Source: Octopus vulgaris
Lineage: Eukaryota
Direction of reading: 5' to 3'
NCBI GenBank assembly: GCA_951406725.2
Contig: OX597818.1
Coordinates: 10,416,001 to 10,480,000, forward strand
DNA length: 64,000 nucleotides
Positions 1-13,589 of the stretch are shown here, piece by piece. Each line of letters begins with the position of its first letter. Position 1 is the first letter of the stretch. Below the pieces are notes generated by a model that was not told the origin of the DNA, searched no databases, and saw only the letters and a program-made list of their open reading frames with translations. A program made the translations under genes and the position numbers.

Positions 1-113
1 AAAACCCAAATAATTCCTCTTGACACATTACTCCTGCTCATGATCAGAGATGCACATATCGGCAGCCACTAAGGGACATGCTCAACTGGTTAAGGTCAAA
101 CAACTGACAAGCA
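1..113. repeat. Fragment of an interspersed repeat, probably related to the LINE-UTR-like repeat at 1059-1290
   Basis: Non-simple sequence abutting a (TTG/TTA)n array. The family link rests on recalled similarity and is not shown within the window. Confidence 0.35.
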
Positions 114-125
114 ATATTATTGTTG

Positions 126-178
<53 letters not shown>

Positions 179-235
179 TTGTTGACTTATTTTTGTTGTT
201 GTTTGTTGTTGTTCAGTAGTCTTATTTTCATAACG

Positions 236-505
236 AGACCTCAAGAGACAACAGGTTGGAAGTTCGTGATGTTGTTATGCCTAGTGTGCCATATATTTGG
301 TTGTGTATTTAGTGCTGTACCAGTGAATGACAAAAAGAAAAAATACGAAAATTATGTTTGTTTTAAAACTTGAGATTACATAGAAAGTATTTTACGTAGG
401 ATATGAGCAGTTTATTATTGTTTTTGGTTATGTATTATTATTGGATTTTTTTTATCATACTCAATGCGCCTACTATAATAGTTTTTATTTTTGCTTCTAT
501 TTTTT
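236..505 (-). mobile_element. R4/Dong-like non-LTR retrotransposon 3' end (ORF C-terminus plus 3' UTR)
   Basis: Minus-strand translation gives ..IIVGALSMIKK.. and ..TAHILRKILSM*, matching the ORF end at 3179-3403 (IIVGALRMKKK..TGHILRKTLSIQ). The 3' UTR is shared with 733-990. Confidence 0.7.
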
Positions 506-507
506 TC

Positions 508-732
<225 letters not shown>

Positions 733-990
733 TATGTTTGACTTTTGCTTTATGTCTGTACAAGTTGGCTCCAAGTCTCACCCAAATACCTCAAGAGACA
801 ACAGGTTGGAAGTTCTGTGCCATATATTTGGGGGGGGGTTGTGTGTTGTACTAGTGAATGTCTAATACATAAAAATACAATAAAAAAATAAAAGAATAAA
901 ATAAAATAAAATAAAATAAATAAATAAATAAATAAATAAAAGTTTGTTTTAAACCTTGGGATTACATTAGATTAGTATTATTGCGTAGGA
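733..990 (-). mobile_element. R4/Dong-like LINE 3' UTR with (TAA)n tail
   Basis: Shares CCTCAAGAGACAACAGGTTGGAAGTTC..GTGCCATATATTTGG with 236-300 and runs into the (TAA)n array on the minus strand. Confidence 0.65.
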
Positions 991-1058
991 TTATTATTAG
1001 TTATTATGATTATTATTATTATTATTGTTGTTGCTGTTGTTGTTCAGTAGTCTTATGC

Positions 1059-1290
1059 CATCAAAGTGACACTGGGGTAAAATATACGAAGCCCAATATA
1101 CCCATCATGACTACCCGTCTGATAAAGGTACACCAGGCACATGCATCACAACCATATGTGCGCGACATGGTGATCTCATATCAAGATAAACAGCACATGA
1201 CCTTGCAGGTGGGGCCCAGTTAGAATTTTCTTCAGGTTGAGTAGCCCATCCCGCTCAAAAGGTCCCTGAATAAGGGTTGTTTAAGGATTC
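1059..1290 (-). mobile_element. Interspersed repeat, probable LINE 3' UTR ending in (TAA)n; second partial copy at 4273-4357
   Basis: CATCAAAGTGACACTGGGGTAAAATATA..CCCATCATGACTACCCGTCTG occurs at both loci, each abutting a TTA-rich array. Confidence 0.55.
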
Positions 1291-1355
1291 TGAAAGAACC
1301 ATTATGTATTATTAGGTGATTATTATTCAATTATTATTATTAGAATCCTTATTAA

Positions 1356-1521
<166 letters not shown>

Positions 1522-1545
1522 CGTCCTTTTCATCATCCTCCGATA

Positions 1546-1725
1546 GCATACCGGGCAAAATGCATTTCGCCCATCCTTACGTTCTGAGTTCAAATACCGC
1601 CGAGGTCGAATTTGCTTTTCATCCTTTTGGGGTTGATAAAATAAGTACCAGTTAAGCACAAGTGTCAAAGTAATCGACTTATCCCTTCCCTAGAAATTTC
1701 TGGCCTTGTGCCAAAATTTGAAACC
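1546..1725 (+). mobile_element. SINE family A (short/old tail), 5'-truncated
   Basis: B-box-like GAGTTCAAATACC and central GCTTTTCATCCTTTTGGGGTTGATAAAATAAGTACCAG, shared with many copies. Confidence 0.85.
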
Positions 1726-1735
1726 TATTATCATT

Positions 1736-1800
<65 letters not shown>

Positions 1801-1894
1801 CATCATCATTATTATTATTATTATCATTATTATTATTATTATCATTATTATCAATATTATAATTATTATCATTATTATTATTATGATGATTATT

Positions 1895-2285
1895 ACTTCA
1901 TACACGCACAACAGATTAAAGTGTTGGAAAAGAAAACATCCTAGCATCGGGCTACAAGTAACCTTAGATTTCAGAGAACCCCCTAAGTATCTTAGCTGTC
2001 CCTAACAACATTGTTTTCTGGAGCTATACAAAACTAGATTTTATACCTATTTCCTCTTTCCATCTGTAGGGATGGTTCCTAATGTACCTATAACTATTGA
2101 GATACATTTTACCTGCACTTTCCATAGTCTCTGTAACTCAGTGGCTAGGTCCTGGTACTTTGCCATTTTCTCTATACATCACATGTTGACTTTCTCATCA
2201 TTTATCTGACACTCGCTATTCTTTTATCTACTGCTACTAAATCAGGCCTTCTAGGTTCTATTATTATGTCCGTCTGAATTATTAT
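1895..2285 (-). mobile_element. R4/Dong-like LINE 3' fragment (restriction-like endonuclease), second family
   Basis: Minus-strand translation IQTDIIIEPRRPDLVAVDK..EKMAKYQDLATELQRLWKV..IVIGTLGTIP..LLGTAKILRG, a PD..D-type REL domain; flanked by TTA arrays. Confidence 0.8.
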
Positions 2286-2317
2286 TGTGATTATTATTAT
2301 TATTATTACTATTATTA

Positions 2318-2560
2318 GAAGGCACAATAGCCCAGTGGTTAGCGCAGCGAACTTTAACACCTAAAGCTCCACGATGCTCCAGCAGGGGGTGGTGGCGACC
2401 CCTGTTGTACTCTTTCGCCCCAACTTTCTCTCACTCTTCCTGTTTCTTGAATAACGCTGCGATCGGCTGGCATCCCGTCCAGCTGTGGGGAACACATATG
2501 CCACAGAAACCAGGAAAATGGGCCCCTGAGCCTGGCTAGGCTTGAGAAGGGCGCATGAAA
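2318..2560 (+). mobile_element. SINE family D (tRNA-Arg-like head, internally deleted)
   Basis: A-box-like TAGCCCAGTGG; body homologous to 62225-62531 (CTGCGA..GGCATCCCGTCCAG..GAAACC). Confidence 0.75.
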
Positions 2561-2682
2561 AATAATTAAATAAGTTATTATTATTATTATTATTATTATT
2601 GTTGTCGTCGTCGTCGTCGTTGTTGTTGTTGTTGTTGTCGTCGTCGTCATCATCATCATCATCATCATCATTATCACTATTA

Positions 2683-3080
2683 GGCGGCGAACTGGCAGAA
2701 ACGTTAGCACGCCGGGCGAATTGCTTAACGGTATTTCGTCTGTCGTTAGGTTGTGAGTTCAAATTCCGCCGAGGTCGACTTTGCCTTTCATCCCTTCGGG
2801 CTCGATAAATTAAGTACCAGTTACGCACTGGGGTCGATGTAATCGACTTAATACCTATGTCTGTCCTTGTTTGTCCCCTCTATGTTTAGCCCCTTGTGGG
2901 TAATAAAGAAATAGGTATTTCGACCGTTGCTACGTTGTGAGTTCAAATTCCGCTGAGGTCGACTTTGTCTTTCATCCTTTCGGGGTCGATAAATTAAGTA
3001 CCAGTGAAACACTGAGGTCGATCATATCGACTAGTCTCCTCCCCCAACATTTCTAGGCCTTGTACCTTCTGTAGAAATGA
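2683..3080 (+). mobile_element. SINE family A composite: head, long-tail 184-bp unit, then headless old-tail body
   Basis: A box TGGCAGAAACG and B box GAGTTCAAATTCC. Junction GAAATA-GG-TATTTC at 2908-2921 lies exactly 184 bp after the first GGTATTTC at 2730. Confidence 0.9.
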
Positions 3081-3089
3081 TTATTATTA

Positions 3090-4090
3090 TTATTTTTATA
3101 ACATGTTTTCATTTCACTACCGAGCGCAGCTGTGTGTACGTAGGGTATGTGCAGTGGTTTGTTGCGATGCTCTTATTTTTACTGTATTGAAAGTGTTTTA
3201 CGCAGGATGTGGCCGGTACCTAGAAGTGCTATTTTCTGTATGTTATATATATTTGTAAGTCCTGGTGTTTTTGTTATGTATTTGTCTGAATATTTTTTTT
3301 TCATACGTAATGCTCCCACTATAATAGGAATTGGTTCTGTTTTTAGACTCCCCATTCGAGTTACCTCTATTTCCAGGTGTTTGTATTTTGAAAGTTTCTC
3401 CATTTCTTTTAGAGAAACGTTCTCATCTGTTGGTATTGATACATCAATTAGAAAACATGATCTCTAGCAACTATATCTGGCCTATTGACCTTAATTTCTC
3501 TTTGTGTATTGGCGTAGCCCATAATATTGTTGCTTTTTCATCTTCTGTGACCTTTTCTGGTGTGTGCCTATACCATCTTTTTTCTGTTGTTATTCCATAG
3601 TGTTGGCATAGCTTCCAGTGTATGTAGGTCCCAACTCTGTCGTATCTGTGAACATATTCCTTCATAGCCAGGACTGGGAAGCCAGAGACAATATGATCTA
3701 TTGTTTCTTGTCCATCTCCATATATTCTGCAATTACTTGTTTCTTTTCATTATATGTTTATGGTACTTTCTGGTGGGGAGGCTTTGATCTTGTGCTGCAA
3801 TTAAAAATCCTTCAGTCTCTGCTTTGAGTCCTGAGCTTCTCAGCCACTATTCTGAAATAGGTATTTTTGTAGTCCTATGGTGGTTATTTTGTAATAGTTT
3901 TTTAACTGTATAAGACCTCAACCACCTTCTATACGTTGTATATATATAACCTTTCTATGTCAGATTTTGGGCGGTGCATCCTAGATCCTCTCATTATTTT
4001 TCTTGTTTTCCTGTCTATTTTGGTTAGTTCATTTAGTGTCCAGTTAAGGATATTGTAGTTGTAACTTATAAGTGTAACTTCTTCATCTTC
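3090..4090 (-). mobile_element. R4/Dong-like non-LTR retrotransposon, 5'-truncated and decayed
   Basis: ORF-track 3471-3665 (EYVHRYDRVGTYIHWKLCQHYG..WYRHTPEKV..TILW) and 3179-3403 (EKLSKYKHLEIEVTRM..IIVGAL..ALLGTGHILRK), typical of the R4-clade CCHC/REL C-terminus; embedded in TTA arrays. Confidence 0.85.
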
Positions 4091-4103
4091 TTATTATTAT
4101 TGC

Positions 4104-4213
<110 letters not shown>

Positions 4214-4568
4214 TTGTTGTTGTTGTTATTGTTGTTGTTGTTATTATTATTGTTATTATTATTAATAATAATAAGTGAGAGAGCAGTGTATGACATCAAA
4301 AGTGACACTGGGGTAAAATATATAAAGCCTAGAATACCCATCATGACTACCCGTCTGGGGTCAGTGTAATCGACTATCCACCCCAAATTTCAGGCTTTGT
4401 GTAGAAAGGACTATTTTTGTTGTTCTTATGATCATGATCATTATTATTTCTGAAATTGAAAATACTTGAAGAGTTAATAAGGGATTTTGACTTTTGTATA
4501 TATAATCAACACAATATCATAAAATAATTTTCCCTCCTGTTTGATGATGATGATGATGATGATGATGT

Positions 4569-4632
<64 letters not shown>

Positions 4633-5034
4633 AAAAGCGATGAGGAGGTGAGGGAGATTATCGATTTCGAGCATAGACACAATGACACAGTTTTTGATAG
4701 AGGATTTTAGTCGATTATATCGACCCAGTACATAATTGGTATTCCATTTTATCGGCCCCTTGGAGGGGATGATAGACAAATTCTTCTATTATAATTCCAA
4801 TTACATCTAAAATGCTTTGTAGGAATATAAATCGAAATCCGCTTCTGCCAGTATTTGACTGGTGCTTTAATTTTATCTATTTCGAACGATGAAAGCAAAA
4901 TTTGTAAAGGGTCGGAACTTAACGCTGCGAGACTAGATTTATTTATTTATTTTAGTTATTCATAATTTCTTATTTATTTATTTATTTATTCATTTATGTT
5001 AAACAATTTAACCGTACTGTCATCAACAACTTTG

Positions 5035-5404
5035 ATGATGATCATGAGGAAGATGAAGACGATGATGATGATGGTGAAGATGATGATGATGATGATGATG
5101 AGACGAAAACGGTGATGATGACGACGATGGTGACGATGGTGATATTAATGGTAAGCGTGATGAAGATCATCATCGTCATCGTCATGAGCAAGGTGACGAT
5201 TATAATAATGGTCGTGACAATCATGATAGTGGCTATCATGGTGGTGGTGTCGGCGACGTTGGTAGTGGTAGCGGCGGCGGCGGCGTTGATGGCGGTGGTG
5301 GCGGTGGTGGCAGCGGCGGCGGCGGTAGTGGTGGCGGCAGCGGTGGCGGCGGCGGTGGTGGCGGCAGCGGCGGCGGCGGCGGTGACGTTGGTGGTGGTGG
5401 TGGT

Positions 5405-5435
<31 letters not shown>

Positions 5436-5545
5436 ATGGTGCTGGTGGTGCTGGTGATGGTTGTGGAGGAAGTGGTGTTGGTGCTGATGATGATCGTGAT
5501 GTGATTAGGATCGTGCTCATGATCAAGTTAATCATAATGATGACA
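5035..5545. repeat. Mosaic trinucleotide low-complexity tract (GAT/GGT/GGC)
   Basis: Direct reading. Confidence 0.9.
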
Positions 5546-5564
5546 TTAATAAAAAAAAATATTC

Positions 5565-5626
5565 ATATATGCACACATACAGACAAATATATATGCGTGT
5601 GTGTGTGTGTACAAATATATATGTAC

Positions 5627-5657
<31 letters not shown>

Positions 5658-6064
5658 TGTATGTATGTATGTATGTATGTGTGTATGTATGCATGTATGT
5701 ATGTATGTATGTATGTATGTATGTATGTGTGTGTGTGTCTATGTATAGGGACAACAAAATCAAAATCGCCGACATTTTAAAATATTCATTTCCGTGTCTT
5801 TATGAACACTTCCAAAGTAAACAGATTATTTCATTCCAATATATTTATTTCAACATCAAAATTTTCTTTTATATCTTTTAGTTCGTTCATGCTATCTGAA
5901 ATTCTTTTATTTTGTTCATGATGTCTAAAGAATGAGTCATCGAAGAAGGAAAAGAAAAAAAAATCGAGTCGCGATAATAACAACCTTTAAAATTTTTCTG
6001 TCTATGACATATATGCATTTATATTTATATGTGTGTGTGTGTATGTATATATGTATGTGTATAC

Positions 6065-6132
<68 letters not shown>

Positions 6133-6560
6133 GTATACACACATATATATATATATATGTATGTATGTATGTATATACATAGATATGCGTGTGTGTGTGT
6201 CTGTTTGTATATGAATATACATACACATATATATGTATACATGTATATGTATATATATGTATATTTATGTATACACATACACACACACACACATGCACAT
6301 GAGTGAGTGTCTGTATCTGTGAATGGGTGGGTGTGTTCGAATGTGTTTGTACTCAACGAGTAGAACATCAGTTCCGTTGTCAGAAGAAAATAAATTACAA
6401 TACATACGTACATACATACATACATACATACATTCGTATACATCTATGCGCACAATCACACGCATACATGTACACATACTCACAAATATATACACAAACA
6501 TATGTATATATATGTGTATATATAAATATACATACGTGTGTGTGTGTGTGTGTGTGTGCG
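5565..6560. repeat. Compound (TATG)n/(TA)n/(TG)n microsatellites
   Basis: Direct reading. Similar compound tracts lie at 7110-7470, 28084-28237, 31340-31670, 41120-41700, 42940-43255, 52510-52635 and 53578-53705. Confidence 0.95.
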
Positions 6561-6859
6561 TAAGTTAGTTCTGTTACGATCCTCTGCCATTTCTCTCACA
6601 CAATTTCACTTAACTGTTTGTTAGCTGATGACGTTAGATACTTTCGATCCTTCTTCCTAACTTTAACCGTGTACTTGAGCTGGTTTCTGCATTTACACCG
6701 CTGTATGTTTATGTGTTTGTATGCTTATATATGTTCGGCATTGTGTTAATAGTATTTTTTTTTAACTTTTCAATCTAATAGCTGATAAAGATAACGATAA
6801 AAAAAAACACAGAAATCCAACTTTGCTCTTAATGCACCTTTTCTCCATAGTAGAAACGC

Positions 6860-7110
6860 ATTACATATTGAATGTTCTTCCAATATCTATCAAGTGTGTT
6901 CTTCAATTGATTGGTTGTCTTCGACTCAGCAACCTCCTTTAGTTAATTAATTGATTCCAGTTTGTATGGATCCTGTCTGAGGCGGTTTGCAGTCTCTTTG
7001 TAAGCTTGTTTGTTGCATCGCTTCATAAATAACTTAGGTGAATGGCCTCTTGTTGGTCACAATGATGGATGTCATTCCAAAATGGCATTTTGTTAATGCA
7101 CATGGATATG
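6860..7110 (-). mobile_element. CR1/L2-like LINE ORF2 C-terminal remnant
   Basis: Minus-strand translation PTRGHSPKLFMKRC...KEVAESKTTNQLKNTLDRYW resembles the TRGH..KL..C..FK..LD..W end of CR1/L2 ORF2. Confidence 0.6.
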
Positions 7111-7140
7111 CTGATATATATGTATGTATATAAATATACA

Positions 7141-7174
<34 letters not shown>

Positions 7175-7218
7175 TCTACATTCATGATTATCTAATGTGT
7201 ATATGATATATATATATA

Positions 7219-7279
<61 letters not shown>

Positions 7280-7529
7280 TGTGCGTGTATCGTATATATA
7301 AGATATAGATATATATAAGATATATAAGATATAGAAATTCATATTTGTATATTATATATAAACTAAATAATATACACAATATATATATATGTATACATAA
7401 ATGATATATATATATATATATATATATATAATAGACATACATCTGTTATATATATATATATATACTATATATTCACATCACTTGAATATCACATCCTGCG
7501 CAAGGATAAGCGTTCCATATTCTAAAATA

Positions 7530-7710
7530 GGTCGAGCATGGCTGTGTGGTAAGAAGCTTGCTTCCCAACCACATGGTTCCGGGTTCTGTCCCACTGCGTG
7601 GCACCTTGGGCAAGTATCATCTACTATAGTCTCGGGCAAACCAAAGCCGTGTGAGTGGATTTGGTAGACGGAAACTGAAAGAAGCCCGTCGTATTTATGT
7701 GTATGTGTTT

Positions 7711-7792
<82 letters not shown>

Positions 7793-7975
7793 GTGTGTCT
7801 GTCTGTGTTTGTCTCCATCCGCCATCGCTTGAAAACCGTAACTTAGCGATTCGGCAAAAGTTACTGATAGAATAAAAACTAGGTTTACAAAATCTTGGTA
7901 TCGAATTGTCCGACTAAAAGCGGTGCTCTAGCATGGCTGCAGTCAAATGACTGAAACAAATAAATGAATAAAAGA
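7530..7975 (+). mobile_element. SINE family B (tRNA-like head, CORE-like segment, internal (TG)n, conserved 3' module)
   Basis: A-box-like TGGCTGTGTGG, B-box-like GGTTC..TCCC, CORE-like CACCTTGGGCAAGT, and tail GCGGTGCTC..GCATGGC..CAGTCAAATGACTGAAACAA. Confidence 0.85.
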
Positions 7976-8269
7976 AAGAATAAACATATATATTATATAA
8001 ATAATATATAATACATAACATATGACCTGTGTATACATATATATGTTTAATGTGTGTGTGTGTGTATTTGATGTCCAAATATAGAACCCCTGCAATGTTT
8101 ACAAGAGATGAGGAGTTCAAGTCACACCGGCAGTCTTCGACTTTTAGCTTTTCAAATATTTTTTAACCTAATATTTACACGCTATTACTTACAGTTCTGA
8201 GTGTTTTGAGATCTATTGCTCTTATATGTACATAAATACACGGAGATATAGAGACAGAGGGAAGAGCGA

Positions 8270-8312
<43 letters not shown>

Positions 8313-11300
8313 CCAACAGATGAAATCCTGAGATGCTCAAAGTAGAAAACACATATTAGTGTTCAAATGATTTGAACTTACTCTCTGAATATTTATCGGG
8401 TGCTAAGTCTGAGGAGCAATGAGTGGCTATAAGAGGAATCCACGTGAGCTGATGCGGAGATAATGATGCAAATAACAAAATAAACACGCTTGGGTAGGAT
8501 ATGCAAAATGTTCGTACATATATACATCTAATATATATATACGGATACATATAGAAACAAGAAGTGAAAATAATCAGATGAACATTCATATATAAGCATC
8601 TAGATATTTATATATTTACAGAACCGATTTACATGGAGTGCAAAAAATGCAGAAAACTAAGGGAAGAGTGCACTGTATTTCAGGTCCGACAGCTGTTTCG
8701 GGGAGCTTGGAATTACGTAATAGTTGTAATGTTGGCAGATGGCGTGTGCAAAAAGTCATGGATAAGCGACCCGCAGTGGATGCATATAAACAATTCTGTA
8801 AATCCGGCCTCCGTATTCAGGATGGAGATATTGACAACTAACATTTTAGGGAGGTGGGGAATGCTGGAGCAGAGGAAGGGCACGAAGATTTAGAGAAACA
8901 GAGCAGAGAAAGGAAGGAAGGGAGGGAGTGACCAAGAGAACGAAAGTAGTGGAAGACGTGAATCTAGAGATGAGTGGGATGTCTTCGCGTGTGTGTGTGT
9001 GGGCGCGCGCGCACTCAAACACACACATACACACACAAAATATTACATACGTGAACATCACATCTTCTCTCGCAGTTTCTGCGGCACATTGAAAGTGCAT
9101 CAAGCCGTAACCAGGATTTGGCGCTTCCTTGCTCTCGTTTGTAAATTTATTTTTCAGGTCTCCCGCTGATGTTACTTTATTTGAAATATAGATTTCTTAT
9201 AAAGATTTTTTTTTTTTTTTAATAGACCTGGCACATAATTTTTGAAATATAGTTTTGAAACATTAAAGTACGGAAGAGAATACTCTTTCGGATACAGGAT
9301 TTTCAAAGAATAGACTTGGAATATAGAGTTTTAGGGAACATTTATAAGATATGATTTTGACGAGAATAATTGTAAGTAACAATGGGATTTGGTTTAGTGA
9401 GCGAGATATATGCTAAGTCAGCATTTAAGATATATGCTCAGGAAGCGCAGAAGGACCTGTAAAGATGAGCAAAGTGTTGCCATAGAACTAAGAATTCCGA
9501 AGCATTGCAGTCTCTCGCGGGTATATATATTACGGCAAATTTTGATGCCATTTTGCAACCATATATCTTACACACGTTAGAATAAACTTACATACATTCA
9601 CAACATGCAAACATACACACACAGACACATGAGTATAACAGTAATTCATAACCGTTTCTCTTAATTAGATACACGTAACTGCTGAAATCATTCAGAAAAC
9701 TCGTTTAGATTCCTTAAATCATCTGTAGGCTCTGATACATAGCTGGCCATTTAAGACAAACTATTTTACCGATTTTTCTTTTTTTTTGTGTGTGTGTGTG
9801 TGTGTTTTTATTTTTTTCTATCATTAAGTTCAAAGGTAAGCCGTTAATCTTCTGCAATATTGTTAATACCTAAATATTTTACCTAGTTAATTAACTTTTC
9901 GCATTTAACGTTAGAACTTGTCGTAAACTGAAGCAGCCTGGATTTCATATTATTGATCTAATACCTCAAAAACTGCTGTGCGTTTGTAGTATATAATTTA
10001 CTATTATCCAATTAAATGTCATCTGATTTGTGCCTTCTCTACTTGATTATAATATTTTCCTGGTTTCACTATTTGACATTCAAGAACATGATATTTCGTT
10101 TTATTTCTTTATGTGCTATACAAAGATCGCAATTTTGATTCTGCAGTTCATGTGATGATTCAGACACTCAACTAAATTGTCCATCTATGAGGTCATATCA
10201 TTTACGAATGATGAAGAATTTAATTATTTTTTCATCTCGTCCACCATATATTTCTTTCTGCGCTAGAACTCGAAAAATCCAGGTCTACTCCTCAAAGCCC
10301 CTCCCTAAAATCATTCTCAGATTGCCACATTACCGTTATAACACTACAGCGCCTCTACACAAGCAGTTAACTCGTCTTGATTCTTTGGAAACCTATGATA
10401 TGAAGGACACAGTTTATCATAAAATGTCTGGAAATTATTCAACCCTGCAACTTCATTGACAGCGCCACTTAAATGAAGTCCAAGCCTGTGTCTTGTACGG
10501 TGCTATAGAGTCGCGTTCGGGAAATCATAATTTTTTTTTAATCCTGTTTTCTTTCAAGTATTGAATTGAAAACATGACTTTGTAAGCGGCATAGATGTCC
10601 ATCATATGTTACTTCTACATGTGTACCAACTTTGAATGTCCCATGTTACAATAGAATTATACAAGTTGGGAAATTCCACCAAATGCTGCTCTGAAGCAAC
10701 CTGTTTGAACAAGTTATTTTGTTTTGTTTCGCTTTTGTTTTGTTTTTTTTCTTGTTTTTTTTTTTCATTTATTGTCGTAAGTTCATGAATCATAATTGAC
10801 ATATCAGATTGATGGAAATTACACTTTTTCTTACTTTGTTTCCCATGGTGTTTTCTATGTGATACGCAAAGTCTGTACACAACTTATAAGAGCGTAGAAT
10901 GTATTCTAAGTTATGGCGATTTCTTTTTTTTACTTTTCTGTGTTATACGACATATATCTGTGTATAATCCATTAATGTAAATAATATTATACACAGCGAA
11001 AAAAAATTCAACCTGTCTTGTGCCGTCATTTTCCAGTGAAATGCAACATCAAATAAAATGGGAGCATGGCTGACATCAACATTTTAAAGTAATTTAGCCC
11101 GCTTTAATGGCTGAGTGTTTTCACTGTTGTTTTCTTCTCCAGCAAGCTTCCTTTTAAAATATTTTTGTGAGGGGAATACGATCTGACATGTTTAGATATT
11201 TGATACTAATGATATTTATATGATAAGATATGCAGATTATCATTTTTTTTTTCTACTTTTACTGTTGCTAAATAAACTACCCACAATAAAATATTCACCA

Positions 11301-12488
11301 ATCGCTATTTAGACGGGAAAAGGAAATTACTGAAACTACCGACTTTAATTTCTCGCTGTCCATTCTAATCTAACTTCGATGCCTAATCTATTAGGTGGCA
11401 GGAGGCAACTGAAAGAACATTAAATTACATATTAAGCTGCTTAATTCAGGCCAACTGTGCAATTTCTAACTAGAGACGTTTATGCTAAGCCTGGTCTACG
11501 TTCCAAACAACAGTGAGTTAAATGTTCAATAGATAAAGACTATCTCACACTAAAACTTATGTTAACCACTCTATTTGATCTACACAAGCCACCGTGTGTA
11601 CATCGTCAGCCTCACACAGAAAAGAAAAACAAGTAACTAGGTAATGAGAATCACGTGGCATACAAAAACAGCCTTGCTGCTAATGTGAGTTTAACTCATT
11701 TTGGTTAAATTAAAATTATAAACTATTATCACAATTAAAATACGCTGTGCAGCTTTTTGTATGCGTATGAGCGCTTGATGACCTTTTTTGCTCACTGAAT
11801 TTAAACTTAAATATATACATTGTTCTCTATGAATACTTTAACATATATGTTCATGCCTAAGAGATCAAAGATGTCCATGACCTTCAAATTAGCATTATCT
11901 ATAGCCAGCCCTAGCTGCGCGTTCATAACTTCACAACCTATAATCACAACGCTCTATAAATTATATGCGCTAATATGATAATGAAGTGTTATTAGAATAG
12001 CAATTACTTCAGTGTGTGAGAGAGAGACCAATATTATCATTCACATTTTATGGAAGAAAATATATGCTAATACTCACAACCTTTGATTCAAGCATAATAA
12101 TAATTTATAAATGCCTCATTGTACCTGCCTCATTGCCTCCGCTATATCTGCTTCAATACTGTACCTGCCTCATTGTCTTCGCTATACCAAGTAAACTCAA
12201 CAATGCTGATACAAGAATCACATTTTAACAGTTCGGAAGGTCATGCTTCATGCAGCTGCGTAATTCCTTAATATTTTATGTCTGTCTCGCCTCACAGTCG
12301 AGTGCATGCTGATGTTACTAATGGTAAATTTTATATTTGAATATTTAATATATCAAATATAGAGAATATTTGTTGACGAGACAAAGCATTATGGGTCAAC
12401 AACCGACAGTGGTTAGCTCTTTTCAGGTCTGTTAGATTAGAGTTGATAAGGTTTAATAAAGAAATAGCTATGGAGAATTCTAGAGTAA

Positions 12489-13495
12489 AGAGAAAGCTCG
12501 TCGGAGTCTAGAAGAGGTATTTAGGAAAGGCATAGCATCTGATATTCTGATGTCGTGACTGGCCGTGGATCAATTTTTCAACGCTAAGCACGAAAGTTAC
12601 GTTGTCAGTGCGTGCTCTGGTGGTAGAGGTGCAAAGTGTCAACAGGCAGATCGGAGGTGGGAAGCGTGCTACTTGGCTCCAAGCAGAAGCGTGCAGCTTC
12701 TCTGTGGCACTTTGCCCGCTGTTTGGGGCGGACGGAGAACGGCAGACTGGGGTGGCTTTATTGTCTACTTCGACTACTTGCCTCGGATGTCGGCTATAAA
12801 TGAGGAGTTCTGAAAAAAGCCGATAACAGGGGGCCAGAAGGAATTGGTGGTTCAGGATAAACTCTACAGTGCAGTCAGCCAAGCCTGCTGCACTCGTATG
12901 GTGCCCGAGCATTGCTGATTCTGGAGTTATGTCGAACAGATGCTATCGCATGAAAGGCGGATCTGGTTACCAGCTGACTCCATTAGATTACATCACCACC
13001 TTCCTTTCGCCAAGAAGGACAGGCATTTTTCTCTACCCGGTAGATATATCGAAGAAGGTTGAATGGTGGATGAGACTGAAAAGTTGAAAACAAACACTTT
13101 CTATTTCGGCTAAAACCTCATCGTGTTTTTGAAAGTAAAATTGTAAGATGAGTGGGAGGGTTTGCACCTTTGTTGAAAGATGAATGAATGTGGCTAGCGT
13201 GGCCTGAGAGAACGAACCTGCTCTAAGCTGACCCATGTAGAATAGAGAGAGAACGGATGGAAGAAAGGGCTTTTCAGTGGTACCCTTGGTGGTTGGGGTG
13301 ATGCTGAATCTTTGAGATTTTTCAGTTACCCCTGGGTGGTACACCACCTACTGGAGAATTTTGTTGTAAGAATTTTCTTCTTAAGCAATATTGTTTTTTT
13401 ATTGTTTACATGTGATTATGAAAATCCTTACACTGTATTTTGTCTTTGTATTGTCCTGAATATTCTTTTCGGTCCTAGTGGCCAATAAAGAAATC
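12489..13495 (+). mobile_element. Tx1/L1-clade LINE 3' fragment with intact 3' end, inserted at (AGT)n
   Basis: Translated pieces (ALVWCPSIAD, KKVEWWMRLK, FVER*MNVASVA) are homologous to the ORF2 C-terminus at 19031-19450. It ends ..GGTCCTAGTGGCCAATAAAGAAATC at 13495, followed by (AGT)n. Confidence 0.75.
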
Positions 13496-13555
<60 letters not shown>

Positions 13556-13589
13556 TTAAATTCAGTAGTAGTAGTAGTTATAAAGGTTT

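Noticed and set aside
6625-6631. CTGATGA hammerhead core or C/D box
   Set aside because: No downstream stem plus GAAA and no flanking stem I.
8633-8893. Short ORFs as a host exon
   Set aside because: No recognisable domain and no supported splice structure.
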